The notes beneath the pieces were generated by a model. The model did no database searches. It saw nothing but the letters and a program-made list of their open reading frames with translations, and was not told the origin of the DNA. DNA of 64,000 nt from Takakia lepidozioides (lineage: Eukaryota; Plantae; Bryophyta). The translations under genes were made by a program, and so were the position numbers. This document shows, in pieces, positions 1-12,665 of the stretch. The number at the start of each line of letters is the position of its first letter. Position 1 is the stretch's first letter. The DNA is taken from contig CM060733.1 of the NCBI GenBank assembly GCA_030704615.1, forward strand, positions 14,322,001 through 14,386,000. Reading direction: 5' to 3'.

Positions 1-76
1 TCCTACTTCTGTGTCATTTTGAAAGCCCACCACAAAGGGAGACAACAGTCAGGGGGGGCAGCATGACCACAAAACA

Positions 77-200
77 AATGAAATGAAATGAAATGGTGCT
101 TTATAACGTCCGCGGAAAGCTCATAGAGCTTATGGGACAAAATGGAAAGAAAAACATGAGAGAAAACAGGAAACCGGAGTCAAAACAAAGAAAAACCAGG
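77..200 (-). mobile_element. LINE family A 3' terminus (stem-loop plus (ATTTC)n tail), heavily 5'-truncated, in an FGGY intron
   Basis: Reverse complement matches 59710-59823: ..GTCCCATAAGCTCTATGAGCTTTC..GACGTTATAAAG..CCATTTCATTTCATTTC. Confidence 0.8.
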
Positions 201-242
201 AACTACTCCAACTTCTGTAAGCTCTGGTTAAGGGACGAACCA

Positions 243-3200
243 ACAATGGTGGCATGCTCTTGCACATACACCTTGTTCTTTGAGAGCCCACCACAGGCCA
301 AAAGAGTGTCAATCTGCACATGCATGAAGATGGCCTTAGCTAAGAGTTGAGAGTGATAGTTGCAGAATCCCACTGACTCAGTTCTCACAACCTCCAGTAT
401 AAAGCTAAAAAATGCCAATCCATCGAGATATACTGAATTAAGTTGGTTCCCCTGTCAGAGCAGTAAAGACATGGCATGCTAGCTAACACGGCACACAGGA
501 GAATGGTACCTTCAAACCATGAGCATTACAGTGTTCCACAATGTGCCGTGTGCCATATGCAATACCCTGCACAGCTGCCAAGTACAGAAGAGCGAGATCT
601 TCTTCACTGGCATCCAACGTCATGCCATTCACTATCCCTTTTGCGCTGGGATCTGCCATAGGTGACCTGTGCTTCCATGCATTCGTCAAAGCCAGTAGAG
701 CTTCTAATCTTTGACCGTATGAAGACTGGACAGGGCCATACTGTCCCCCTTTATGTAGATTGTTAGCAGCTACTAAAAGTCATCCAGTACCTTCATCGCA
801 CAGTGAAGGGTGACATTAAGTTCAAGTACAAGTGGAAGTTGTCTGATAAGACTGCATGAATACTCATCCCTTTTTCTGAAAACATACAACTTTGAATGTT
901 ATCATCACAAGATATGGAGCAATTTCAGACAGCACACCAAAGGCTGGCTTCCCACATTTAGACGAATCCAAACTCACCTGTTACCATGAAAGTCCGGTAA
1001 GATGTGCAAATCCTTTGTCAAAGCACTCTGAAATGGCACTGTTGGATCAGCAGCGAGATTTTCCAGAATGCCATTCAGCATCTCATATAGAGAGACTTCT
1101 GTCAAGGCACAATTGATTGTCTCTGTGTTAAACACACGTCTGCTAAGTTCTATTCTTACAATTAGTTCATCACTCTGATTTGCAGGGCTCATGTTAACAC
1201 CAATAAAGATAGAATGCTAGGCACATAGATGTCCCAGTAGAGGAGGAAATAAAGTTTTGACAGGCTCTTCTGACAAATGACCTGTATAGCACAAGTTGCA
1301 TCTCTGACTGAGGCACTTTAACAGTTAAGGATGAGTCTCACTCTGAGAAGCAGCACGGTTGGCAAGCGCTGGAGCAGCTGGATGAGTCTCCACCAAGTGA
1401 TCCAGAAGTGCCCCTGTCGCACTCTGACCTCCTTCTGTGAGCCAAAGCTCCGGTACCATGGCTGCACCCGACCATGTTCGCCTAGTTTGCACTAATAACC
1501 CACACTCTCTAACTCTCTCAAAACCAGCTAATTTCGGATGTGGAAGCTGAGCTTTGCCATCGAGATAGGTTGGCATCCACTTTCTCATGCAGTGCATTCA
1601 GTAATTATCTGAGTGAGAGGTCTTCTTTGCAAGCATTAGAAGACTGCTAGGCAAGTTGATGCACAAAGTTGTGGACCTGGTTAGGTCGGTTTGTGATAAC
1701 TTCGCAATATGACACTTCAGCAGGGAGTAAAAAGGTGAGAACTTTCTCATTGCTCTAGTTTAGTCAAATCTGGAGCGAGAATTCATCTTTAGCAGTGGCC
1801 CCTCACCATTTCTTCTCCTAATCCACACCCTGTCCTCTTCTTTCTGTCCCATGTGAACTGGGTGTGGGGTCTATGGCCAGAATGCTACTGCAAGTGTGGC
1901 TTTGAGACTTGTCTCTCTCACTTCCACCTTGAGTTATTGCATCCCCAATTGTATCCTGGAATGCATCTGCCTTTGATTGGAGCATTATCCTACATGCTCC
2001 AGTAATTCTTCAAGCTGGGGATATCATGCTGGATAATACCTGACCAGTATGGGCCCCAAACACCAGGGATGAAGACCTTGTCTTGCGACAGGGCCATATG
2101 ACATGTAGATGTTCCACAAACAAGCACCATCCTACGACATAAGCCATCATCAACATTGTCCTTCCCTGCATCTGCCACCAGACACATCAATCCTTCTTTG
2201 TAAGCAAAAGCTACCAGCACCTCCTTGAGATCGGTACATGTTGTTGAATGGTAGCTGGCGACTGCAGGACATGGTATGTAAGCCATACTCTAAATATCTA
2301 TGTAGGAGGGCTCCAGGTTTACATTTGAAAGGTAGAGGTAAGGAGATAGACCATATCCAGGCAACAGTGAATGCTCTATGAAGAACCTACAAAGAGTGGT
2401 ACACCAGTAAACTACAAACAACAAAAGAAGAAAGAAGACTGCAGCCTTAATGCTTAGATAGTCACTCTTAGAGGACAATATTTCTTGAATAGCAGTGACT
2501 AGCTGCTAAACTCCCCACTGACTCTATCAGTGTACAAAGAACAGGCAGCAAAAGAGATGACTGAAAACGACAAACAAAGCTTAAAAGCAAGCAAAACAAG
2601 GAAAGAACAGAGGCCAAGAAACAACACATGGCACCTTTTCCATGTGGGATGCTTTCAAGAACTCCAATCCCGCCAGCATGAGCATCGATCAACGATGTTC
2701 CAACAGGAGTTCCCTCCACCAGACCAAGCTCCTGCACAAAAGATGAAGCAATTTCACTCATCTTTCCACCTACCTTGTGGGAGATGACAAATTCATACCT
2801 CTGCTCTGTGTACAACGGTACGGAATAATGATGCAGACTGCTACCATAAGCAGTCTGATACTAATATCTTTAAGCTGCGACCCTCTGCAGAAATTCTACA
2901 AATGACTGGAGTGCAGGTATGTGTTGTAAGCAGCTGTACAGAGCAAGAAGCTAATCATTGATCTTCGCAGATATTCACCTACATAGGATAGTTCTTGCCT
3001 GCGCAGCCAGATGAGTGAGCCCAGCACCCAGTGGATGCCCAGGAAATGCCACACTCCGTCCTGCAAAGCATGCCAGACAACTGAATAACACTAGGCCCAT
3101 TCTTCTTGCTGAACAGATATCACCAATCTCAACCTTACTAAATCTGGTCTCCTGAAAGTAACCCCTCAAAGTCCAAACATGACAAGGTCCCGAGCAGCCT

Positions 3201-5859
3201 GAGGCAGTAATACAGCCAAATCCAGTTTGATCCCTCGCCGTGTCCCCGGCAGCGGCCAATCACATGGTCTGACTGATCCCCTATCCCCGGCCGATCCCCG
3301 CCCACCTGTGCCTATGGGGAATGGGACAAAGAACCATCTACAGTTTTGACAAATGTTCAAACCACATGGCTGTCTCTTGCAACCTGATGAAGATAACACA
3401 GAATTCAAACTCCCAATCTTCCAATGAGTGCATTTAATTGTCACCCAGCTTTGTGAAAGATGGACAAAGACCATACCCTGGTGACCCCAGGCCTTTCTAA
3501 GGGTTGTGATGAAGGTAAAAGCAATACCGATGGTAGCATAGCCACCTTCAACCAGGTCGCCCAAACCGATCTCTTGCCAGAAAACATCATCCCATCCACA
3601 GGCTTGCAAGGCAACGGAGTCATCGCCTGACATCTGCTGTAAATGCGCATGCCCCAGATATGTCCATTTGCACACTGTTGTGCACAGGCTGCGCGTGTCA
3701 TCACCAGTCGCCCTGAAACTACTTGGGTTAGAGAGTGTCTGACCATTTATATTTTTCCCACTATACCAACCAATACTCATCCACCAGGTTAAACCTTCTA
3801 CATTGTATCCTGTGGCGAGGCAACTTTGTACAATAGCCAGGAAGTTGAGTGACGAAGCATAACGCTAATACAACCCCCACAGCAGAGCAGAAGATGAGTG
3901 TGCCTTGCAATTGAAGTACAATTGCACAACCTTCCATCACACTCCCATCATATAAGCATGGAGGGGGCACAACAAACCGGTAAGTAAGCCAGTCACTCAA
4001 ATCCATCCACCGAAACGCAACTGCCCAAGACTCCTTCAGATTTTCCTTCACCCACAATAGCTGCACACGGCGGTAAAGCCTGTTATGAGAGGAGATTGAA
4101 AATCCATAGGTCCTTCGAAGATCTCCCAGAAACAGTGTCAAAGGAGACCAGACATTTAGGGAAGGCCACATTATAGCGCTATGATTTTAGACCGCATCTT
4201 TGCAAATCGAGTAAAGGGGGCACTTCCTGGATATACAAGAGATCATGGCTGGGGAACATAATGTGAGACAGCACAGTACATACCAGGTGAGAAATTGCTC
4301 CATGGTTTCAGAGAGAAAGACATGAAAGCAGTTCACAATGCACCCTGCCTACTTTTTCAAAGCAGTACCACTAGATTCTACACTGCACACTCCAAGGATG
4401 TGAAAAAAGAAAATACAAGCCTCTGTTGTCTTCACAATCAACATTTGGCTTGAGGGACAGTCTTCATAAGTTACCTTTGGTGGCTGCATTTCTGGAGAAA
4501 GGGCGCCACCAACGAATTGCAGCACAGGAGACTGACAGGCATTAATGCGCTCTGTCTGCTGAACTGCCCTGTGATCCATCCACACAATCACGTTGCGCCT
4601 TGCATCCCCTGTCCTTGACACTGTTACCGGGGAGTCATCTGTACCTACAGCGACTGCACACTCCTCTCACTTGTTAGCAAGTAGAGCCAACCCAAAGTCA
4701 CCAGTCTCTAAGACCAGTACCTGGTTGTAATTGTCGACAAATCCTGTTTTGCAAATACTGCTTTCCTCTAGAAGAGGCTCAATATACAGTGCATAATGAA
4801 CGGGGAATTCAATCTCATAATGGGGACAATCAGCTGCTCACCCTCCACTATTTAGTATCATTTCCATGCTTTCAGCTAGCAGGAGTGGGCTACCTTACCA
4901 AACAAGAACTTTCAAGTGTGCAAATTTGCAAATTTGCAGAATGAGTAGTTTATAAGTGAAATACTACAATTTGCTTGTAACAGCATTGCTACAATCACTG
5001 ATGCATACACCTACCAAGAGAGCAAGTAGCAGCAAAGCCAATGCCACAAATATCATGGCCAGATATCCTTGCAAGCTTGCAGACTGTCTTGACTGCAGCA
5101 CAGATAGCAAGCCAGATATCCGTTGAAGATTGTTCCACAAATTTTCCTTCCTTCCAAATTTGAATAGGGCTGGTTGCAGCACCTAGTAATTTTCCATTTC
5201 CATCAAACACCCCTGGATAGCCAAAGTTGGAATATCAGATGCTGGCATTCTTAGTCCATACCTCACAGTATAAAAGCTCCCCACACTATCCTCCCCATTT
5301 CAAATTTTCCTACAAATTTAATCCTTCACATATTGCTCCTATCACCTCCTCCCCTATCACAAGTGCAAACTGATACAGTAAACATTCAGAAAAAGCCAGT
5401 GTCTTCGAATATAAATCCAGCCGCAGAAGACCAACAGGCGACGATGAGTCGTTGGTTGTCTAGCTCCAGGTAGCAGCGGTCATTTAGCCACAATCTTCAA
5501 CTGCTTAGCTACCTTGCCGGGGGCAACAAGAGTCATCTAGCGACGATACATGTGCGGAACTGATCCGCACATTCACATTCACATTCACTTATCGCCTTAG
5601 TTTACACGTAGAAGAAATTGCACGAGCATAGCGAAGGATAACTAGCTTCCCCAGCAGATGCTGAGGAGAAGCCGCCGTGAGATTGTAATCAACGACGTAT
5701 TCAACCGTCAATTTCAGACTCATGCATATAACGACTGGACAACATCTACACGGACAGCGAGTTGATGCCATCACCTGCTCGTGCACTGCCAGTTCCCACA
5801 TCCACACCTAGAAACAATGCGCGTTTCTTCTCACTCTCGGGCCTTGCCTGCTGTGACAT
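243..5859 (-). CDS. FGGY-family carbohydrate kinase (D-ribulokinase-like), multi-exon, 3' end lies left of the window
   Basis: Exons at about 5859-5775 ([18 protein letters not shown]), 5212-5015, 4653-4476 (VIVWMDHRA), 4062-3980, 3712-3528 ([12 protein letters not shown]), 3060-2999, 2731-2635 (SLIDAHAGG), 2171-2040 ([10 protein letters not shown]), 1461-1345 ([11 protein letters not shown]), 1097-978 (LPDFHGNR), 666-510, 313-243 (LACGGLSKN). These are canonical FGGY motifs with matching splice phases. An upstream in-frame start (6138) is possible. Confidence 0.93.
1855..1910 (+). repeat. Short degenerate 3'-end fragment of LINE family B
   Basis: AACTGGGTGTGGGGTCTATGGCCAGAATGCTACTGCAA resembles AACTGGGCGCGGGGTCTATGGCCACAAGGCTATGGCAA at 47631-47669. 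Confidence 0.55.
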
Positions 5860-6957
5860 GGCCTCCGATCTGAGCTCCGACTTGAGCTCCGACTTGAGCT
5901 CCTGTTGGGATTGCAGCGTGAGAACAAGCAGCAGAGCGCGAGGACGAGCACCGAGGAAGGAATGCAAACGGATCGTGCGCTTTTTCCCTCTCACCACCTG
6001 CTCAGGTCTGGTGCTCAAATCCTTGTGAGGCTCTACGACCGCTTCCACCCTAACCTGCAACAACTCATGCATGGAAGACACAACAGTTGCACTGTGCCCT
6101 TGACCAAAGCCCCCTCTTAGCACCTTCTTCATCTTCATGTATCCATTGACTGGTTGAGCTTCAGTCTGGTAGACATTGATTGCTTCATGTGTGTCTGAGA
6201 TGTAGAGAAGAGCATGTACACCAGCAGGCTGTCTTGCTTTCCAAGCTAGTGCTTGGAGTGATGCTTCTCAGAGGAGAACAGGTGACTTTGCATCACTATT
6301 ATGTTGAAGTAGATGCTTGTTAGTTATGTTGTTGCTGCAGTTGTGCACAGCTTCAGTCTGGGATAGACAGTGATACTGATGCACTCAGCCTCAATAAGCA
6401 ATTGAGCTTAGATGATCTGAAATCCTCATTGTAGTGTGGTGGCTGCTTCTAAGGCATGTCAGGGAATTGGTCGCCTTTTGAGAGTGAATGTATTAAGGGT
6501 TCCCTTGTTCAAGCCAATTTGAATCCCAACCTTCACCTCTTTCTGCAGGGACAACCAACATTTGGCCCAGGCACAAGCTGCCGCCGCATTAGTGGTTGTG
6601 GGTTCAAACAGCGTTGGATATCATAAAGGTGTTCACCTTCATACCAGAAGGTAGTGGCCCTTCAGGGTCAAGTGACACCATAAGTTCCGCTTGCTTTTTC
6701 TTTTTCTTCCTGCAGGGCTGCTTGTTTCTGCAATCCACAAGGAGGGCCTCTGCAATAAGGTTTAAACTAATTTTGGTGGCAATATTGGAATTCTGGTCAT
6801 CACCATGGACAGCTCACTGAGCCAGTGGGATACTGACTTGTTACATCCAGTGCGACCGACGGTTTTTTCTGACTTGTTTATTGGTTACATAATTATGATT
6901 ATGATTTTTTGGCATTCAGATTTGATGTGATACATCCCTTCCAGCTTCTTGCATGTT

Positions 6958-7266
6958 TCACCAATAATCCCCGCAAGAACAAACCCCCTCTTGGAAGTGA
7001 TGAAAACGGTTCACATCCCGTACAACAACTGCTCGCCCAACGCTTTGTGAGATGAACTTGGTGGCAGTCACACACCCGGAGTTTCTTGATGGATTGGATA
7101 GGTATCCCCGGGGGGGGGGGGGGGGGTTTTGCTGAGGAGACAAAAAGCAATGGCCAGCTCCTCGCTGTGATGGCAAACATAAATTTCCTTTTGTTCCTCC
7201 TCCGCATCGTGCAATACAAAGCGCATGTACCCAGCCTCCTTCATCTGCCCCCATAGTTTCTTCAGC
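6958..7266 (-). pseudogene. Frameshifted DYW cytidine-deaminase domain remnant belonging to the PPR gene
   Basis: Three frames join into [42 protein letters not shown] / [15 protein letters not shown] / [36 protein letters not shown]. Confidence 0.9.
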
Positions 7267-9490
7267 TAGCATGGATTTCCTCGATCTGTGGATGTAATCC
7301 GTCTTCTACAGAAAATGCATGCACACAGTTGTTCGCCTCAGTGTAGCTGTTTCCTGGGTCCTTTCTAACACCTCTGTCCTGCATCACTTTTCTTACCTTT
7401 GCTTTATCGTCCCACCTGCCAGCTGCAGCATAGATGTTTGATAGCAGGACATACGTTGCAGTGTCCCGTGGATCCCACTTGAGAATGCTTTTGGCAGCAT
7501 GCTCTGCTATCTCCACATCACCATGGATTCTGCAGGCACCAAGCAAGACGGCCCAAACTGAAGCACCCGGTTCAGTTGGCATTCTCTTAATGAAGTCCTC
7601 AGCATCTTTCAGTCGGCCTGCACGGCTGAGAAGATCCACCATGCAGCCAAAATGCTCCACTGTGGGTGCGAGGCCATGAATTCTACTCAAGGAATCAAAA
7701 TAGTGACAGCCTTCATCCACTAGGCCCATGTGGCTGCATGCAGACATAACAGCAGTGAAGGTGATACTGTCCGGTTTCAAGCCTTCCTTTTGCATCTGCT
7801 GAAAGAGTTGGAGGGCCTTCCTACCACAACCATGCTGGGCATATCCTGTGATCATCACATTCCATGAAACGACATCACGTTCACCCATTTTGTCAAACAC
7901 GTGCCGTGCCTGCTCTACGCTCCCACATTTAGCATACATATCAATAAGGGTATTCTCCAAATCAATGACTTGCCCAATTTCAGCTTTGATAATGTCGGCA
8001 TGAACGTGCTGGCCCTTTTCCAGAGCTCCTAGGCTAGCACATGCATTCAGAACACAAATGAAAGTGACCTGGTTGGGCGTCACCCCTTCCTGTTGCATTA
8101 GTTTGTATAATTCGAGACCCTGCTCACCAGAACCATGCTGAGCATATCCCGCTATCATTGCATTCCAGGAGACCACATTGTGTTGAGCTATTTTGTCAAA
8201 CACTTGACGTGCATTCTCTAAACTTCCACATTTAGCATACATGTCAACCAGGGTTGTCTCCAACACAAGGCATGACGGAATTCCAGCTTTGCTTATGTCA
8301 GCATGAACCTGCTTGCCTTTTTCCAGCACTTCTAAGCTGGCACATGCGTTGAGCACACAAATGAACGTAACCCTATCAGGCCTCACCCCTTCTCGTTGCA
8401 TTTTATCATAAAATCTGAGAGCATCTTCAGCATGCCCATGATGAGCATACCCTGCTATCATCACAGTCCATGAGACCACATCTCGTTTGCCCATGTTGTT
8501 GAACACTTCTCGTGCATCCTTTAGGCTCCCACATTTGGCATACATGTCAACAAGGGAATTTTGCAGATTGATATATGACATCACTCCACCTCTGACAATG
8601 TCAGCATGCACACGCTTGCCCATTTCCAGGGCTCCTAGGCTTGCACACGCATTGAGAACGCTACTGTACGTGAACATGTCAGGGATTACCCCTTGCTGTT
8701 GCATTAGGTCATAAAAATTGAGAGCCTCTTCACCATGCCCATGCAGAGCATATCCTGTGATTATTGCAGTCCACGAGACCACATCTCGCTTGGCCATTCT
8801 GTCAAACACTTCGCGCGCATCCTTTATGCTCCCGCACTTGGCATATGTGTCAACAAGAGTATTCTCCAAATTAGTATATGACGCAATCCCAGCATTGATG
8901 ATATCAGCATGGACCTGCTTGACTTTTTCTAGGGCTCCTAAGCTTGCACACGCATTGAGAATACAAATGTATGTGACCCTATCGGGTGCCACCCCTTCCA
9001 ATTGCATTTGCTCATAGATTTCGAAAGCTTCTTCTGCATGGCCATGCTTTGCATATCCTCCCATCATCACAGTCCAAGTGAAAATGTCTCGTTCAGGCAT
9101 TTCCTTAAAAACTTGACGTGCATCCAGCATGCTCCCGCACTTGGCATACATGTTGACAAGGGTATTGACTGTTGAGATGTGAGGCTTGACTTCACTTTGG
9201 ACAATGTGCGCATGCACCTGCTTCCCCTCTCTCAGGGCTTTCATTTTGATGCACCCCTGCAAGAGACACATGTAAATATTGGCATCTGTCTGAGAGTGGT
9301 CCAAAATGTGCAGTGCCTCTTTCAACCTTCCCTCCTTAACCAATGTTCTTACATCCCCGAGAGTGGCAGACTTCATTTTGTCAACCTCTTCTTTTGGCCT
9401 TCTGTTTGAACTAGGGGCGACAGTGGGGATGGCAATGTGGTTACCGATCTGATGTCCAACAATACCTTGCCCCTGATGCAAACATGCCAT
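7262..9490 (-). CDS. PLS-class pentatricopeptide repeat protein (about 17 P/L/S motifs plus E1, E2 and PG box), organellar RNA-editing-factor type; frame terminates at the start of the DYW domain
   Basis: 796-aa intronless ORF 7262-9652 with repeated VVSWT..GYA.HG / TF..VLNAC / [10 protein letters not shown] motifs, then E1 (VWAVLLGAC), E2 (TYVLLSNIY) and KDPGNSY. Start probably M at 9490, but uncertain. Confidence 0.93.
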   Translation of the reverse strand: MACLHQGQGIVGHQIGNHIAIPTVAPSSNRRPKEEVDKMKSATLGDVRTLVKEGRLKEALHILDHSQTDANIYMCLLQGCIKMKALREGKQVHAHIVQSEVKPHISTVNTLVNMYAKCGSMLDARQVFKEMPERDIFTWTVMMGGYAKHGHAEEAFEIYEQMQLEGVAPDRVTYICILNACASLGALEKVKQVHADIINAGIASYTNLENTLVDTYAKCGSIKDAREVFDRMAKRDVVSWTAIITGYALHGHGEEALNFYDLMQQQGVIPDMFTYSSVLNACASLGALEMGKRVHADIVRGGVMSYINLQNSLVDMYAKCGSLKDAREVFNNMGKRDVVSWTVMIAGYAHHGHAEDALRFYDKMQREGVRPDRVTFICVLNACASLEVLEKGKQVHADISKAGIPSCLVLETTLVDMYAKCGSLENARQVFDKIAQHNVVSWNAMIAGYAQHGSGEQGLELYKLMQQEGVTPNQVTFICVLNACASLGALEKGQHVHADIIKAEIGQVIDLENTLIDMYAKCGSVEQARHVFDKMGERDVVSWNVMITGYAQHGCGRKALQLFQQMQKEGLKPDSITFTAVMSACSHMGLVDEGCHYFDSLSRIHGLAPTVEHFGCMVDLLSRAGRLKDAEDFIKRMPTEPGASVWAVLLGACRIHGDVEIAEHAAKSILKWDPRDTATYVLLSNIYAAAGRWDDKAKVRKVMQDRGVRKDPGNSYTEANNCVHAFSVEDGLHPQIEEIHAS

Positions 9491-11176
9491 CCTGAGTAAC
9501 TTGAAACTAGTACTTACGAATTCTGGTACCAAGTACCTCAGAGCTTCCAGATATCCAGAATAATATGTCTTCATGAGGAAAGCCTTTTTGATGAGTTTTA
9601 GTCGGGTTAGACCACTCCCGCAGTCATCCATGACGAAACTACACAGTGGCAACTCAATCTACTCGAAGTTGCATCCACAACACAACAACCATGGTATTCT
9701 CCAAGAGAGGTCCATGCTGCTCGACCTGATGTCATGGTGGTTATCTCTGCTATCACCCCAGGAGGGCTCCAGCACCTCTCGAACCACAGAGCCTCCTTTG
9801 CACGCTTGTATGGGAAGTGCACACATTTTGAATTATTCTGTGGAACCAACTGGGTATGAAGCTTAGCAAACTGATCACAAACACATAGGGACCAGGCTGA
9901 AACTACCACAGGCCCCAAAGTATACATTATAAATAATAGGGAACAATCTTCAACAGGAAACATTCACGCTCGGCAAGAAGAGTCATCAAAATTTGAACGT
10001 TTTTCGAAAAGAAGATTGTCAATCATCTTAACACAATTTAGTCCACAAAATTATACTCATTCCACTTCCAGTCAAAAGTCTAGCCAACCTTCATGTTGTG
10101 AGTGCTAAGGGCCTCACCTTAACAAACTCTTTATCCCACTGTGAAGGCCCTGAGATGAACTCCTGCGAAAGCCGTTCTATGATCATTTCTTGGTCTGCGT
10201 GCCAGCGACCACCAGAATGTAAGATCTTTGTCAGTTTCAAATTGTCTCCATCTTCATTGAAGACTGCCACTGTATCTTTAGGTGACATACAAGACCAAAA
10301 AAATGGTCTTTTGTAGTGGTGAGATAACCATAGATAGCATCACCTAATCAAACCCAATATCTCGCCACTTCAAAGGATCATTCAAATCGTCCAAGAAAAA
10401 TCAGTTCTATGCTCATCGCTTCGCCTGCATTAAGTACAGCCAAAACATATCGGATCTTAAACAGCTCGAAATTTCTTAAACCTAATTGAAGAGTACTAGT
10501 TCAGCTTATTCTCTCTCTCTCCCCTCAATAGCCCGAACCACAGGTCTCTCTCTCTTCCATACACACGTACTGAATGAAATGAACATGAATATACCAAAAG
10601 TTCCAAATGCTGCAAAAGCGTCAGTCCTTCTCACGTTCCTCCACAGTTTGGACGTCCCTGTGAAATTGTTCCACCAGAACGCGTCTGGTGTGTGCTGGAG
10701 CAGGTCGACGATATTTCTGGACACATGTGACCATTTCTCTGGCTCTCTCTCTCAAAATCCTGCGTTATGCTACGGCACTCTGCATGGCTCCCACGCAAAA
10801 ACGAACGTCACCATGGCGCTGGGCGGGATTGCTGCTCGTACTTGCCCAAGCTCGAGACTTCGCAGGCAGTCGCGCTAAGCCCCTAAACCCTCTTGCGGTA
10901 TCGTCCGTCAGATCTTAAGACATCAACGCCCCATAATAATATTCAGTTTACCTCAAGCCAACGAATGAGTGAAGATAGTTTTAGTTTGGGGTATGGTATT
11001 TTGAACATACCATGCGGGTACTGGTATAGAGGCCTTCGTTCGATTGTGATACCAGGGAAGCACTGGTATTGGCAAAAATCTTAGATTTGGATACCATGGT
11101 GGTATCCATAATGCAGTATTGATGTGGTGTTTTACGGGTATTAATATCAAAGAGTTTTGAACAACCTATACCAGGG

Positions 11177-11694
11177 TAGGGGTTGGGTATATGCGATTGC
11201 GAAACCAAAATGCTCTCACGTGGGGAAATACGAAACTATCTGAAAACTGTGCTCACGCGAAAAAAAATCATGAAATTAATCGTCCAAAGCTTAACCAAAC
11301 TCACTTGAGCACAAAAACCCATAAATATATCTGCCAGAACGCAAAGATCAGCGCATGTAAACAATGTGGCAAGAACAACAAAAAAAATGGGGTTTCGCCA
11401 GCGAAACCCAAACGGTTTTTGCCAGCGAAACTTGGTTTCATTGGCGAAATTGGTGTTTGGTTTTGGTTTTGGTTTTCTTTTTTAAGTTATTTTTTAGTCA
11501 AATTGATTAAAAAAAAAGGTTCTTCCCTTTCAAGCTCCTTCTATATGTTTAACCTTATATTTAGACCCTATCAACGCAGAAAGACAATATATCCGTCTAT
11601 TATATGTATTTCCGCTGACATACATATCACCCCTATAACCGTGGATCCTGCTCACATGGCGATTTTTTTATGCTCACGCAATACCAACCCCCTA
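11177..11694. mobile_element. hAT-like MITE remnant
   Basis: Imperfect TIRs: TAGGGGTTGGGTATATGCG at the left and CGCAATACCAACCCCCTA at the right. Non-coding, AT-rich interior with GCGAAA repeats. A possible degenerate 8-bp TSD (TACCAGGG vs TACGAAGG) overlaps the right end. Confidence 0.5.
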
Positions 11695-12415
11695 CGAAGG
11701 CATTATCAATACCATCTGGTCTGGTCTCAAACAAGCGGCCAGTCGCGTAGGGCTCCTCTTTGTGAATAGTGAAATTGACTTTTATCCATAATAAACTTGG
11801 GAACTCATCCATATATTCTTCTAAATTAATCAGAGATGTTGCATGAGGGAGGTGTTACCTGGAGGCGCAGGGAGTAGCTTTCATCAGGAGAGGAGGAGGT
11901 GTCAGGTGACACCTGGAGAAGGCACAACATGGGCTTACCCATTTTTTTACACCGATGCGTAGGCTCCTCTTTATAATAAAGAGGAGCCAACAAACTCATT
12001 ATAGATTCATATTAGAAAGCCCACTTCTCATTGAATTTATTCATCAAAGTATCCAGCTTCTTGTATTTCACCTTCATTTCCATCTAAGAGCTGAGATTCA
12101 AGTCTGAAAGCCGCATCTACATTGTGCATAGTGCGTCGTCAATGCAGTATTGGGCGAGTCACATGTTTTGGACTTTTCCGGGCCTGGGTATGGCATTTTC
12201 CTCGAGGGTGGAGCATAGCCGGGAATGCATAATACAAGGGAAGTCTGTTATGGAGAGTCTTCTAGAGGGTCCACCCACTCTGCAGAGTCCACTTTGCAGT
12301 CCACTTTGTAGAGTCCGCTGGAGGGTCCATTTTACACTGCAGGGTGAGTCCATTGGAGGGTCCGTGTAGAGTGGGTCCGTTGGAAGGTCCAATCTATAGT
12401 CTAGTCAAGAGTGCA

Positions 12416-12665
12416 CTGGAGGGTCCGCCGCCGTAGAAGAACAAGGACTTACGAAAATTTCAGAAGGAACAAGTATACAAAAGTTTAATTAATAACACAC
12501 ATTACCATCTGACGAGAATTGAAGATATGGCACTGTACCACCTGACATTGAACATGGAGGGTCCGCCACCATAGAAGAACAAGCACTTAGGAAAATTCCA
12601 GAAAGAACAAGTATACAAAAATTTAAGCAATAACACACATTACTGTCTCACAGGAATTGAACATC
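12416..12665 (+). repeat. Diverged ~140-bp direct tandem duplication in the TE-rich intergenic region
   Basis: TGGAGGGTCCGCC..TAGAAGAACAAG..AACAAGTATACAAAA..TAACACACATTAC occurs at about 12417 and again at about 12555. Confidence 0.7.

Noticed and set aside
6140-6850. Coding-like composition between the FGGY 5' end and the PPR 3' end
   Set aside because: All frames examined are interrupted by stops and no motif was recognisable, so neither a gene nor a TE call can be supported.
7434-9409. Plus-strand ORFs opposite the PPR gene
   Set aside because: Antisense shadows of the repetitive PPR coding frame.
11191-11769. 192-aa ORF
   Set aside because: Lies mostly inside a MITE-like element, is low complexity and has no recognisable domain.
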